Below are positions 26,891-36,900 of a stretch of DNA of 39,777 nucleotides, piece by piece; the stretch's first letter is position 1, and the number at the start of each line of letters is the position of its first letter. The notes under the pieces were generated by a model. That model was not told where the DNA came from and did no database searches. It worked only from the letters and a program-made list of their open reading frames with translations. Source of the DNA: Candidatus Parcubacteria bacterium (GTDB taxonomy: Bacteria; Patescibacteriota; Minisyncoccia; Phycocordibacterales; JAACPR01); assembly GCA_009995365.1 (NCBI GenBank), contig JAACPR010000006.1, forward strand, positions 1-39,777, read 5' to 3'. The position numbers and the translations under genes are program-made.

Positions 26891-27967
26891 CTAGATACTC
26901 ATTTTTTCGAATTGATCCTTTTTTCGTCTTTCGATGTCACCCAAGTATTCCATAATGACTGCGGCGACCGGCACAGATAATATTATTCCCAAAAATCCTG
27001 CTAGTTGAGCTCCGATTATCAAAGAGACGATAGCAATCAAAGCTGGTATACCGATTATTTTCTTTACAACTAATGGGTGAATCAATTGGCTTTCAAATTG
27101 TTGAATAATTACGTATAGACCGATAACCAAAAAACCTAGTGTAGGCCCACCTTGGACAAAACCAAAGGCGGCAGCTGGAACAGCGGCTAATATTGGCCCA
27201 AAGACTGGGATTAACTCGAATGCTGCGGCAATTACTGCCAACAACAAAGCGTTTTCAATTCCTAGAATGCTCAGACCTAAATAGGTCAAAACACCAATCA
27301 AAACTGCCAGAACCAACTGCCCTTGCATCCACAGACCAATTTTTCTTTGAGCTCTCTTCCAAAGATCTAATATATATTTTTCATGTTGAATTGGTGTAAT
27401 TATTTTCAAGAAATTGGCCACACCGTCCTCCTGAACAGAGAGATAGAACGACAGAACAATAATCAAAACGAAACTCATTATTCCACCGAAAATGGCACTA
27501 GCCGTTGTCAAAAATCCAAATGTTGCTCCAGAAATTCCCTTACCAATTGAAGACAAAACACCAGAGTCGGTAAACGATTCTGACACACTTTTCAAAAAAT
27601 CTTGAACTGCAGGAACATTTTGAATTGTTTTAGTATCAACCGCCAAGGTTTCTATATAATCAGGTAAAGTATTAATAAAGTTAGTTGTATCCTTTACAAG
27701 TGGTGGCAAAAAGAAATATAGAAATGAAGCCATCACCAACATTATAGAGATATAAATAACCAAAACGGAAATAATCCTAGGAAGTTTTCTTTTCATCAGC
27801 CATTTAGTTCCTGGCTCTACAGATGAAGCAATTACAATAGAGGCTAGCAAAATCAAAAGTAAGTCTTTGATAATAAAAGCAAAATACAACATCAAAATAA
27901 TAACTAAAGTTTTGATAATTGTCCCAGCTGTAATGGTTATATTAATTGGTTGATTTATGTTTTTCAT
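26891..27967 (-). CDS. AI-2E (PerM/UPF0118) family transporter
   Basis: Multi-TM; 'ELIPVFGP', 'QQFESQLIHP', 'GFLGIILSVP'; ATG at 27967 preferred. Confidence 0.9.
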   Translation of the reverse strand: MKNINQPINITITAGTIIKTLVIILMLYFAFIIKDLLLILLASIVIASSVEPGTKWLMKRKLPRIISVLVIYISIMLVMASFLYFFLPPLVKDTTNFINTLPDYIETLAVDTKTIQNVPAVQDFLKSVSESFTDSGVLSSIGKGISGATFGFLTTASAIFGGIMSFVLIIVLSFYLSVQEDGVANFLKIITPIQHEKYILDLWKRAQRKIGLWMQGQLVLAVLIGVLTYLGLSILGIENALLLAVIAAAFELIPVFGPILAAVPAAAFGFVQGGPTLGFLVIGLYVIIQQFESQLIHPLVVKKIIGIPALIAIVSLIIGAQLAGFLGIILSVPVAAVIMEYLGDIERRKKDQFEKMSI

Positions 27968-28047
27968 ACTAAACAATATATCATTTTTAATGACAAATTT
28001 GAACCTTTGAGAAAATTACTCCAATAAATTAGCCTTTCTAGCATTTG

Positions 28048-29313
28048 CTAGACTTTTAAGTGTTTTTCGAATTTACGAGAATCCTTGTGAGGGCCAATCA
28101 TGGCTAGATTTAGTTTATCTTTTTTAATAACCTGTTTTAGAACACGTTTTATATCTTTTACAGTTACAGCGCGAATTTCTTTTTCTATTTGCTTGAGAGT
28201 TTTTATCTCTTGATGAAGTAGTTCTTGGAATCCGAAATAATCTGCCCATGACTCTGATGTTTCGTGGCTAGTTGCCATGTTTCCCATTATAAATTCTTTA
28301 GCTTTCTTTAATTCTTTTTCATCGATTTCATCATCACGAAGTTTTTTGAACTCATCGATGATAACTGAGACAGCTTCTTCGGCACGCGAATTACCTACAC
28401 CAGCAGCTACAACAAAATTACCAGCATCAGTTGAAGTCGAAAGCATGGCGCGAGTGTAATAACACATTCCTAATTCTTCACGCATCTTTCTGAAAAGTCT
28501 TGAGCTCATTCCACCACCTAGAATTGTCTTTGCAACAGCTAGCGGAATATTTCTCTTGTCACCTAATTTAAATGAGTGAAACCCAATCCTGAGATGAGTC
28601 TGGTCTAATTTTTTGTTTTTGATTTTTATTGCAGGAGTTTTTTGAGATATTTTTATTTTTTGTTTTTTAACAACTTTAGCTGTTTTGGCTTTGCCAAATT
28701 TTTCTTTCACTTGTTTCAAGATATCTTTTTTATCAATGTTTCCAGCCACTACCACAACGGTTTTTTGCGGAATATAATGAGTTTCATAATAATTAACAAA
28801 ATCATCTCGAGTGAATTTTTTAATATTTTCTTTTGGACCAAGAATTGGACGCCCTGCCGGCTGATCTCCATAGAGAAGCTCTTCCATCAAGACCTCAACA
28901 TTTCTCATCGGCAAATCTTCATACATGTTTATTTCTTCGATAATAACTCCTCTTTCAGTTTCAATATCTTTTTCTGGGAAAAGTGGATTCAAATACATAT
29001 CAGAAACAACATCTAAAATCTTTCCAACTTTTTTAGAATGTGCTTTGGCATAATAGCCGGTAAATTCATCACTAGTAAATGCATTCGATTCAGCACCAAG
29101 TGAATCAAGCTCGTAATTAATTTGCTCCCCTGTTCTATTTTCAGTTCCCTTGAAACACATGTGCTCTAGGAAGTGTGATAATCCATTTATTTTTTTATCT
29201 TCGTAATGTGAACCTGCCTCTACTGCAACCATCGCAATTGCTGATTGTGAATCTTTCATCGGCACAGTGATGACGCGAAGTCCATTATCTAAAACGTCTT
29301 TGTAATATTTCAT
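28048..29313 (-). CDS. M16-family (pitrilysin) zinc peptidase
   Basis: 'GLSHFLEHMCFKGT', 'NAFT', 'ERGVIIEE', 'GGGMSSRLF'. Confidence 0.95.
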   Translation of the reverse strand: MKYYKDVLDNGLRVITVPMKDSQSAIAMVAVEAGSHYEDKKINGLSHFLEHMCFKGTENRTGEQINYELDSLGAESNAFTSDEFTGYYAKAHSKKVGKILDVVSDMYLNPLFPEKDIETERGVIIEEINMYEDLPMRNVEVLMEELLYGDQPAGRPILGPKENIKKFTRDDFVNYYETHYIPQKTVVVVAGNIDKKDILKQVKEKFGKAKTAKVVKKQKIKISQKTPAIKIKNKKLDQTHLRIGFHSFKLGDKRNIPLAVAKTILGGGMSSRLFRKMREELGMCYYTRAMLSTSTDAGNFVVAAGVGNSRAEEAVSVIIDEFKKLRDDEIDEKELKKAKEFIMGNMATSHETSESWADYFGFQELLHQEIKTLKQIEKEIRAVTVKDIKRVLKQVIKKDKLNLAMIGPHKDSRKFEKHLKV

Positions 29314-29356
29314 ATGTTGGTTAGTTTAACAGAAAGCATTAAAATAATAAAACATC

Positions 29357-29620
29357 TTATTGATAAATTTGATGACCGCCGACTTTTAATAAAATTATTT
29401 GATTATTTTTCTTATCGATTTCAAAAACAACTCGATATCTGTAATCAACAGAGAAAGAATAGAAACCAGACAATTGACCACTTAGCTTGTGCGCTTTCAA
29501 AGTTTTATTTTTAGGATTTTTTTGAAATTTATTAATTGACAGTTTAGTTTTCTTTTTTAGAGATGGAGTAAGTTTTTTGTATTGTTTTATAAAGTGTTTT
29601 GTATAAAATATTTTAATCAT
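29357..29620 (-). CDS. RelE/YafQ-family toxin
   Basis: 'HKLSGQLSGFYSFSVDYRYRVVF...VGGHQIY'. Confidence 0.88.
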   Translation of the reverse strand: MIKIFYTKHFIKQYKKLTPSLKKKTKLSINKFQKNPKNKTLKAHKLSGQLSGFYSFSVDYRYRVVFEIDKKNNQIILLKVGGHQIYQ

Positions 29621-29623
29621 ATT

Positions 29624-29845
29624 TTAAGAAACTTTTTTTACTAACTGATCTATATCTCCTTCAAAAATTTCTCCCAATTTTGCCATTTTTGATGCTTCAT
29701 GAATTTCTGCTATTTCTTTTTCTTCAATCATTTTTTTAATAGCATTACGAATAAATTGAGAACGACTGTCAAAATCACCTTTTTCGATTTCGGCGTCGAT
29801 ATATTCGAGATACTCTTTTTGGATTGGAATACTGATATTAGTCAT
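29624..29845 (-). CDS. ribbon-helix-helix antitoxin (CopG/ParD-like)
   Basis: 'NISIPI....YID..IEKGDFDSRSQFIRNAIK'; acidic, 3 nt upstream of the toxin. Confidence 0.82.
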   Translation of the reverse strand: MTNISIPIQKEYLEYIDAEIEKGDFDSRSQFIRNAIKKMIEEKEIAEIHEASKMAKLGEIFEGDIDQLVKKVS

Positions 29846-29926
29846 AATATTTTTTATTATTATTTAATAAATTTTATTATACACAAAACGAGTCAAAAAT
29901 CAATCACGGATTTTAGAAAGATTTTA

Positions 29927-31333
29927 TTATTTTAATTGATTCTTTAGATGAGAAAGAATTTCCCCAACCTTTACCCTCTCTTGCTTTCCTGTATCGCGAT
30001 CACGCACAGTTACTTCGGCGTCTTGATCGGCGCCATCAAATTCAATAGTTTCAAAATCAACCGTCACACAAACTGGTGTTCCGATTTCATCTTGTCTACG
30101 ATAACGCTTTCCGATATTTCCATTTGTATCAAACATAATTTGTGGAATTTCTTTTCGGATCATTTCGTAAATTTCACGCGCCTTTTTCAAAAGCTCTGGT
30201 TTATTTTTTAAAAGTGGGAAAACGGCGACCTTGATCGGAGCAACGCTAGGTGCTAATTTCAAGAAAGAACGCGGTTCTCCGTCCAATTCGTCCTCTGTAT
30301 AAGCACTGGTTAAAACTGCCAAAATTGTTCGTCCTACCCCAAGAGAAGGCTCGATAACATGTGGCAAGATTTTCTCACCAGAATCTGAATCAACATAGTC
30401 GATTTTCGATCCACTACCCTCTTTATGTTTAGTTAAATCGTAATCTCCACGATAAGCCAGCCCGTAAAGCTCTTTTCGTCCAAAAGGATAATCAAATTCA
30501 AAATCAATTGTGCGTTTTGAATAGTGAGCGCGATCTTCCTCTGGAACTTCTAATTCATGAACTAAATCACGAGGCAAACCTATCGCTTCCACATAATTCC
30601 ACATATCTTTACGCCATTTTTCAAAGTGCTCTTCCCAATTCTCTGGACGAACAAAATATTCAACCTCCATTTGTTCTAATTCGCGAACGCGGAAAATAAA
30701 ATCACGAGGAGCAATTTCGTTTCTAAAGGCTTTACCAATTTGTGCAATTCCAAAAGGAAGTTTTGGATGAAAAGAATCAACAACATTTTTAAAGTTAACA
30801 AAAATACCTCCGGCAGTTTCAGGACGCAAATATGAAACATTTTCGCCAGCAGCTTCAGCATCATCATAAGCACCGATTTTGGTTTCGAACATCATCTTGA
30901 AATTTTGAACTCCACCTAATTCATTTCCATCAGGAGATTTAACGCCGGCTCGCACGATTTCTGCTGACATTTCTTCAATAGACATCCCCGCTGGATTTAT
31001 CCCCGCTTCTTCCAAGAGATGATCTGCACGATAGCGCTTTTTAGTTTTTTTATCTTCAACAAGAGGATCAGAGAAAGAATCGACATGCCCACTTGAACGC
31101 CACACATTTGGATTCATCAAAATCGCGGCATCAATTCCATACATATCTTCGCGACTATCAACAAACATTCTCCACCAAATATTTTCAATATTTTTCTTAA
31201 GCGCTACGCCCAAAGGACCATAATCCCATGTCCCAGCTAGACCACCATAAATTTCTGAACCTTGATAAATAAAACCTCGCCTCTTACAAAGAGAGATAAT
31301 CTTTTCCATTTTATTGTCTTTATTTTCACTCAT
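29927..31333 (-). CDS. glyS: glycine--tRNA ligase, alpha2 homodimeric type
   Basis: 'LCKRRGF', 'DYGPLG', 'YLRPETA', 'QIGKAFRNEI', 'VIEPS', 'IGKRYRRQDEIGTP'. Confidence 0.97.
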   Translation of the reverse strand: MSENKDNKMEKIISLCKRRGFIYQGSEIYGGLAGTWDYGPLGVALKKNIENIWWRMFVDSREDMYGIDAAILMNPNVWRSSGHVDSFSDPLVEDKKTKKRYRADHLLEEAGINPAGMSIEEMSAEIVRAGVKSPDGNELGGVQNFKMMFETKIGAYDDAEAAGENVSYLRPETAGGIFVNFKNVVDSFHPKLPFGIAQIGKAFRNEIAPRDFIFRVRELEQMEVEYFVRPENWEEHFEKWRKDMWNYVEAIGLPRDLVHELEVPEEDRAHYSKRTIDFEFDYPFGRKELYGLAYRGDYDLTKHKEGSGSKIDYVDSDSGEKILPHVIEPSLGVGRTILAVLTSAYTEDELDGEPRSFLKLAPSVAPIKVAVFPLLKNKPELLKKAREIYEMIRKEIPQIMFDTNGNIGKRYRRQDEIGTPVCVTVDFETIEFDGADQDAEVTVRDRDTGKQERVKVGEILSHLKNQLK

Positions 31334-31339
31334 ATTTAC

Positions 31340-33292
31340 CTATTCAACCACAATTTCGTGCTTATTAATAGTGCTACCGTTTGTTAAAACAGTATTTGGT
31401 AGCGGTCCCTGGATTTCTATTTGGGTATCTGTAAATGTATCCAGAGCAGTAAAAGTTAGATTTCTTAATAAGTTTGGCTTTTCACCGACCTGACTAATGC
31501 TTGGGAAAAGTGACACCTGGAATGAAATCTCTCGTGCGTTTGAATTTATTCCTGTTCCAGCCGGCATATTACCTATATTCCAAACTAGAGTCTTAGAATT
31601 TTCATCATACGAATACACCTCACTAGAAGGGCTAACTTTATTATTCCAAAAAACATACTGAGGGAGAACCGCCGTCATTCTAGCGTTATTTAAGTCATTT
31701 GAACTATTCGAAGCATTTAAGGTAACTGTGTAAGTTGTTTCTGTATCAACTTTTGGTGGTATAGGACCAATATTTTGAAATGGACCTGATTCTCTTAGTG
31801 TGAAAGATCTGACAGAAACATCTGACAATAATTTAATAACTTTTGTTGAAGTTTCTTTTATCTCTGTCTCTGAATTTGAACTGGAAACCCTCTTTCCGTT
31901 AACCATTAAATCAATTTTTACATCTGGATTTTTAACATTTAAATTAGACCTCAATAAATCTTTTATTCTAAAACTAAAATCAGTTCTGATTTCTTCTCTT
32001 GCATCTATCCGCTCTAGAGATGGAAAATTTTCAGAATTAAATATGAGTGTATTATCAGCTGAACGATAATACCCATCAGAAGCTCTAATTTCTGATTCAT
32101 CAAAAGCCACCCCATCAAATCTCAGTCTAATATCCAAATCATTAATAACATCATTTGTATTATTATTAAAAACTAAATCAGCTCTGATTCTCTCTCCGCC
32201 ATTTACAACGACTACCGGATCCGAATTACCATTAATACTTAGATTAAGTCCGACGAATGGTTTTTTGATAACCAAATCATGAATATAATTATTAAACACA
32301 ACCCCAATCTCTTCTGGATTTTCATCACTAACTAAACCAGTATTAAATCTAAATACACGCTCCTCTTCATCTTGCCCTGTAATTGTTCCTCTGATTTTTA
32401 TTTCTTTCTTTTCATTTGGCGATAAGGAATCTATAACCCAAATATTATTTGAATAAGTAGGGTCTACGCTAGATTTTATAAAATTAAAACCAAATGGGTA
32501 TCTAGTTGTAACCATCAAGTTTTTTATTTCCGATGTAGAATTAGAAGTAACAGTCGCAACAAATTCAACTTCCTGACCAGAAGAAACTTCTTCTAAAGCA
32601 GAGACAGAAATTCTAGCTGGTGCAGCATTCAAAATAATACTAAATTTTTTCTCTTTACTGAAAATAGCGTTTGAGCCATCAACTTGATATTCAATTTTAA
32701 CTGATATTTCTTTGTTATCTCCTTCATCACCAAATAAAACAGCTTCTGCAGTCTCTCTAGTCAAAGTCCCTGGCTCTACGTCGTCTATCCTCTCCACAAC
32801 CCTATTTACCGGATCAACTAAATTTTCTGATGATTTTGTTCCAGACGGCCAATTAATAATCAAATCAACATCTTTTAGAGCAACAGGATTATTATTTTGA
32901 ATAATTAAATCTAGAGATAAATTTTCTCCTGCCCCAACAGATACGGGTCCTGAAATTGTGATATCAACATCGTTTGCTGATATTGTTTGAGTCCCCCCAA
33001 AAAATACATAACCCGCATAAGAAATAGAAGCTAAAAAGAAAATAAAAGCCAAGATCATCGTATAGCCAAAAAAACCAATTCTCTTTTTCTTTTTTTCATC
33101 AATAAAATCAGAAAAATCTTTGTATTCGGATTCTTTTTTTGATTTATCTTCCCAATCCGTATTTAAATTATAATTTTTATTATCCAAACTATGCCTTTTT
33201 GTTTTTTCTTGAACAAAATTTTTTTCGTAAAGTTTTTTCTGTATTTTCTCTAGACGAGTTTTGTCTTTATTATTGAAATCATTCATTTGCAT
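31340..33292 (-). CDS. single-TM protein with repeated Ig-like (DUF11-like) domains
   Basis: One TM near the N-terminus; repeated beta-sandwich motifs 'YPFGFNF..S.P....W.I..L', 'LVWNIGNM'. Confidence 0.7.
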   Translation of the reverse strand: MQMNDFNNKDKTRLEKIQKKLYEKNFVQEKTKRHSLDNKNYNLNTDWEDKSKKESEYKDFSDFIDEKKKKRIGFFGYTMILAFIFFLASISYAGYVFFGGTQTISANDVDITISGPVSVGAGENLSLDLIIQNNNPVALKDVDLIINWPSGTKSSENLVDPVNRVVERIDDVEPGTLTRETAEAVLFGDEGDNKEISVKIEYQVDGSNAIFSKEKKFSIILNAAPARISVSALEEVSSGQEVEFVATVTSNSTSEIKNLMVTTRYPFGFNFIKSSVDPTYSNNIWVIDSLSPNEKKEIKIRGTITGQDEEERVFRFNTGLVSDENPEEIGVVFNNYIHDLVIKKPFVGLNLSINGNSDPVVVVNGGERIRADLVFNNNTNDVINDLDIRLRFDGVAFDESEIRASDGYYRSADNTLIFNSENFPSLERIDAREEIRTDFSFRIKDLLRSNLNVKNPDVKIDLMVNGKRVSSSNSETEIKETSTKVIKLLSDVSVRSFTLRESGPFQNIGPIPPKVDTETTYTVTLNASNSSNDLNNARMTAVLPQYVFWNNKVSPSSEVYSYDENSKTLVWNIGNMPAGTGINSNAREISFQVSLFPSISQVGEKPNLLRNLTFTALDTFTDTQIEIQGPLPNTVLTNGSTINKHEIVVE

Positions 33293-33316
33293 TTTATTAT
33301 AACAAATTTATTCAAA

Positions 33317-33913
33317 TTACAGACCCGAACTTTTGATTGAATGGTTGATAATTCTATTAATCTTTTTGCGATCATCTTGATCGATGCGATTGATAAGATT
33401 CAAATCGAGTTTTTCCATATTAAATTCATCATCAATAAAATTACCTTCGCTGATGTAGCCTAGAATATCTAGAATTTGATAAACAAAAACTGATTCAAAA
33501 TTACTAATTTGATCTTCATGTAATATTTGTTTTTGATTTTTAATCGCAAATTCTACAAATTCCAAAACTAAATCAAATAAATCGTCCTCTGACTCCCCTA
33601 AAACAAGTCTTTCTATTAAATTAAAAGTTCTAACAATAGATTTGAAAAGTTTCTGGTTTTCGATTTTAGACGGGATGAAATAAATAATTTGAGCGTTAGT
33701 TAATCGCCATCCTGTTCTCCCCTTCACCAGCGCAACATCAGAAACCGAAAAATCCTGAATCGATTGTCGAAGTTTTGATTCAATTTTTCGAGTTCCTTGT
33801 CCGATTACTCGAATCAGCCCGAAATCTTGAGTTAACAAAATTAGTTGCTTATCAGCTTCCTTGATTGGCTGACTGTTCAAAATAATTGCCCGAGTTTTGT
33901 AGATGTGGTGCAT
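33317..33913 (-). CDS. recO: DNA repair protein RecO (short form)
   Basis: 'AIIL...IKEADK...LLTQDFGLIRV..QG.RKIESKL' RecO N-terminal OB fold. Confidence 0.85.
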   Translation of the reverse strand: MHHIYKTRAIILNSQPIKEADKQLILLTQDFGLIRVIGQGTRKIESKLRQSIQDFSVSDVALVKGRTGWRLTNAQIIYFIPSKIENQKLFKSIVRTFNLIERLVLGESEDDLFDLVLEFVEFAIKNQKQILHEDQISNFESVFVYQILDILGYISEGNFIDDEFNMEKLDLNLINRIDQDDRKKINRIINHSIKSSGL

Positions 33914-33919
33914 TGTCTT

Positions 33920-36900
33920 TTACCGATTGATCTTCACAACAAACTTCATATTATCAATATCGATATCTTTTCCGTCGTCAATCATGTCAGCGAAATCTAG
34001 TTCACTAGAATTTGTAATTTTTTGGATGTATTTTGCAAATTGCTTTATTAATTCTGGCTTGTCAGTTTTGATTTTTATACGAATTTTGTCACCCGGATTT
34101 AATTTTATTTCCTTACGATAATTTTGAATAAAACGGACAAGCTCACGGACATTTCCCTCTTGGCGTAGCTCTGGTGTAATTTCTGTATCCAACTTTATCT
34201 CTCTCTCTTTTAGACTCTCATCAAAAACAACTTCTTTAACGTTTATTTCATCAGCAACAATACTCTTCATTTGCTCATCAAGCTCTACACCGATTGAAAC
34301 TTTTTGGAGAGGTTGGCGAACTTTTATTCCAGCTTTATCACGCGCTTCTAGTGAGTTAGCTACGACGATGCGAACTTTTTTCATTTTTTCCAAGACATCA
34401 TCATCTGGTTTTTGGAAAGCTGTCCAAGATTCCAAGTGAACGGACTTTTCATCATTTTTAAAATTAAAGCCAGTCATTTTTTGATAAACAGTTTCAGACA
34501 AGAAAGGCATAAACGGTGCAGACATCTTTGCGAACTCTAAAATCACAAAAGACAATGTCGCTAAAGCGCTCTCTTTGTCTTGAAGTTTTTCTTTGTTCAA
34601 TTGCTCCCCCTTGAATCTATCTCTCGAACGACGCAAATACCATGTAGATAAATCATCAACAAAATCAAAGAAAGGTCTACAAGCTGAATCAAGCTTGTAA
34701 CTTTCCAAATTCTCGGTAGTTTCTTTCAAAGTCTCGTCGAAACGAGCCAAAATCCACTTATCCAAAACATTTTCTGAATCAGGACGATCAAAATTTTCGA
34801 CTGGTGAATTTTCATCTGGCAATTCTGGATCCTTATCAAAAATTGAATCTTTATAAAGGTCGTAGAAAGAGATGACATTTATAAATCTTTGAATGATTTT
34901 CTTTTGAACTTCGTCGACCCCTTTTTCGGTAAAGCTTAGTGGCTCCGCCTGAACAAGTGGAGAAGAAATCAAATAGTAACGCATCGCATCAGCACTATAT
35001 TTGTCGATTATCAACATTGGATCTGGATAGTTATTCATACTCTTTGACATTTTCTGACCGTCTTCAGCCAGGACAAGTCCATTTGCTATAACATTTTTAT
35101 AAGGAGCCTTTCCAAATAAAGCAGTATTAAGAGCAAGCAAAGTATAGAACCAGCCACGAGTTTGATCTAATCCTTCGGCAATGAAATCAGCCGGGAATCT
35201 CTGTGAAGATTTCAAAAATCCGCCCGGTGACATTTTCTTTTCGGGATTTTTCTCAAAAGGATAATGAGGAACAGTAAAAGGCATTGAGCCGGAATCAACC
35301 CAGCCATCAAAAATGTCTTGGATTCGATGCATTTCTTTTCCATTTTTATCGAAAGTAATTTCATCAATATATGGACGATGCAGGTCTAGAATATAATCAT
35401 CGTCATGAGGTAATTCAGCAAAATCATATTTTGCAAAATGTCCTGTTGGAACAAAGTCATGTTCGTATTCTTTTAAATCTGCCATCTTTTGATTATCTAG
35501 TCCGTCCTTAACAGCCATAAAAGCCCAAGCAGGATATTCGTGAGTTATAATCAAAATGTTTTTATTCTGATATTTTGAATTAACATCATAAATAAAGTCT
35601 CCAATCCTGCGACGAATATCAGCAATCGTTTCCCCACCCTCTGGAGCAATTTCAAATTTATCTAAAATGTTTTCAAAAAGTTTTCTATATTCATCGACAC
35701 TTTGACCATTTAAAACGCCAGTTTGAGTTTCAGTAATTCTTTCATCAACAATAATATCTTTTTCATTGAAGCCAATTTTTTGAGCAACAATTTCTGCTGT
35801 CTTTTTAGTCCTGAATAATGGAGAACAGAAAATCACATCAATATTTTTATCTTTCAGATTTTCCCCCATGTCTTCTGCTTGCCTTATTCCTGTTTCGGTT
35901 AAGTTTGAAATGACACTATCGTCAGCATTCAAAAAATGTTTGACGTTGTGATCAGCTTCTCCGTGACGAGCCAAGAAATAATTATTGGTAGACTTGGTTC
36001 TTTTTTTGATATCTCCGATTGAACCCAAGACTTCTACCTCAGAGCCGTCTTCTGATTTCCAAATTGGAATCGGAGTTCCCCAAAAGCGAGAGCGAGAAAC
36101 ACCCCAATCCTTTGAGTTTTTCAGCCAATTACCAAATCTCTTTTGACCAACCGCCTCTGGCACCCAATTAATTTTGTCATTAAGTGAAGACATTTTATCT
36201 TTGAAATCTGTCACTTTAATAAACCAAGATGAAAGAGCGTAGTTAAGAAGTGGGGCTTTTGTTCTATCGCAATGAGGATAGCTGTGAGTATATTTTTTCT
36301 TTGCAAAAAGTTTTCCTGTTGGAGCCAACAATTTCAAAACTTCAATATCAGTTTCTTGATGCTTGTTTGGTTCTTCGTCAGTTGCTTTTGGTTTAGCTTG
36401 GCGACCGACAAGTTCTGGAATATCTTCTTTGATTGAGCCATCAATATTTACATGTTGAACAAATGGCAGTTTTTCTTTTTGTCCAAGCACAAGGTCATCT
36501 TCACCGAAAGCGGGTGCAATGTGCACGATTCCAGTTCCATCTTCGGTGGTAACAAAATCAGCAGAATAAACTTTCCAACCATTTTGATGATTTTCTAATT
36601 CGGTTTGTTTTGAATAATGATCGAAAGCTGACTCATAGGCAAGTCCTACTAAATCTGCGCCAGAGATTTCTTCGATAATTTCATGTTCATAATTTTCGAA
36701 AACTTCTTCGGTTCGGTCTTTTGCGACAATCACTAAATCTTGTGCCTTTTCGTCATCAGAATTTTGATTGTTCGAATTTTTTGCAGAAACTTTTGCTTTT
36801 ACATAAGTAATTTCTGGATTAACTGCCAAAGCAACATTTCCAAACAAAGTCCATGGAGTTGTCGTCCACGCAATCAAGCTCGTTGGTTTATCGGTTTCTT

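Noticed and set aside
35420-35990. Intein in IleRS
   Set aside because: No N-terminal Cys/Ser block, no His-Asn end, no LAGLIDADG motif; it has phosphatase motifs instead.
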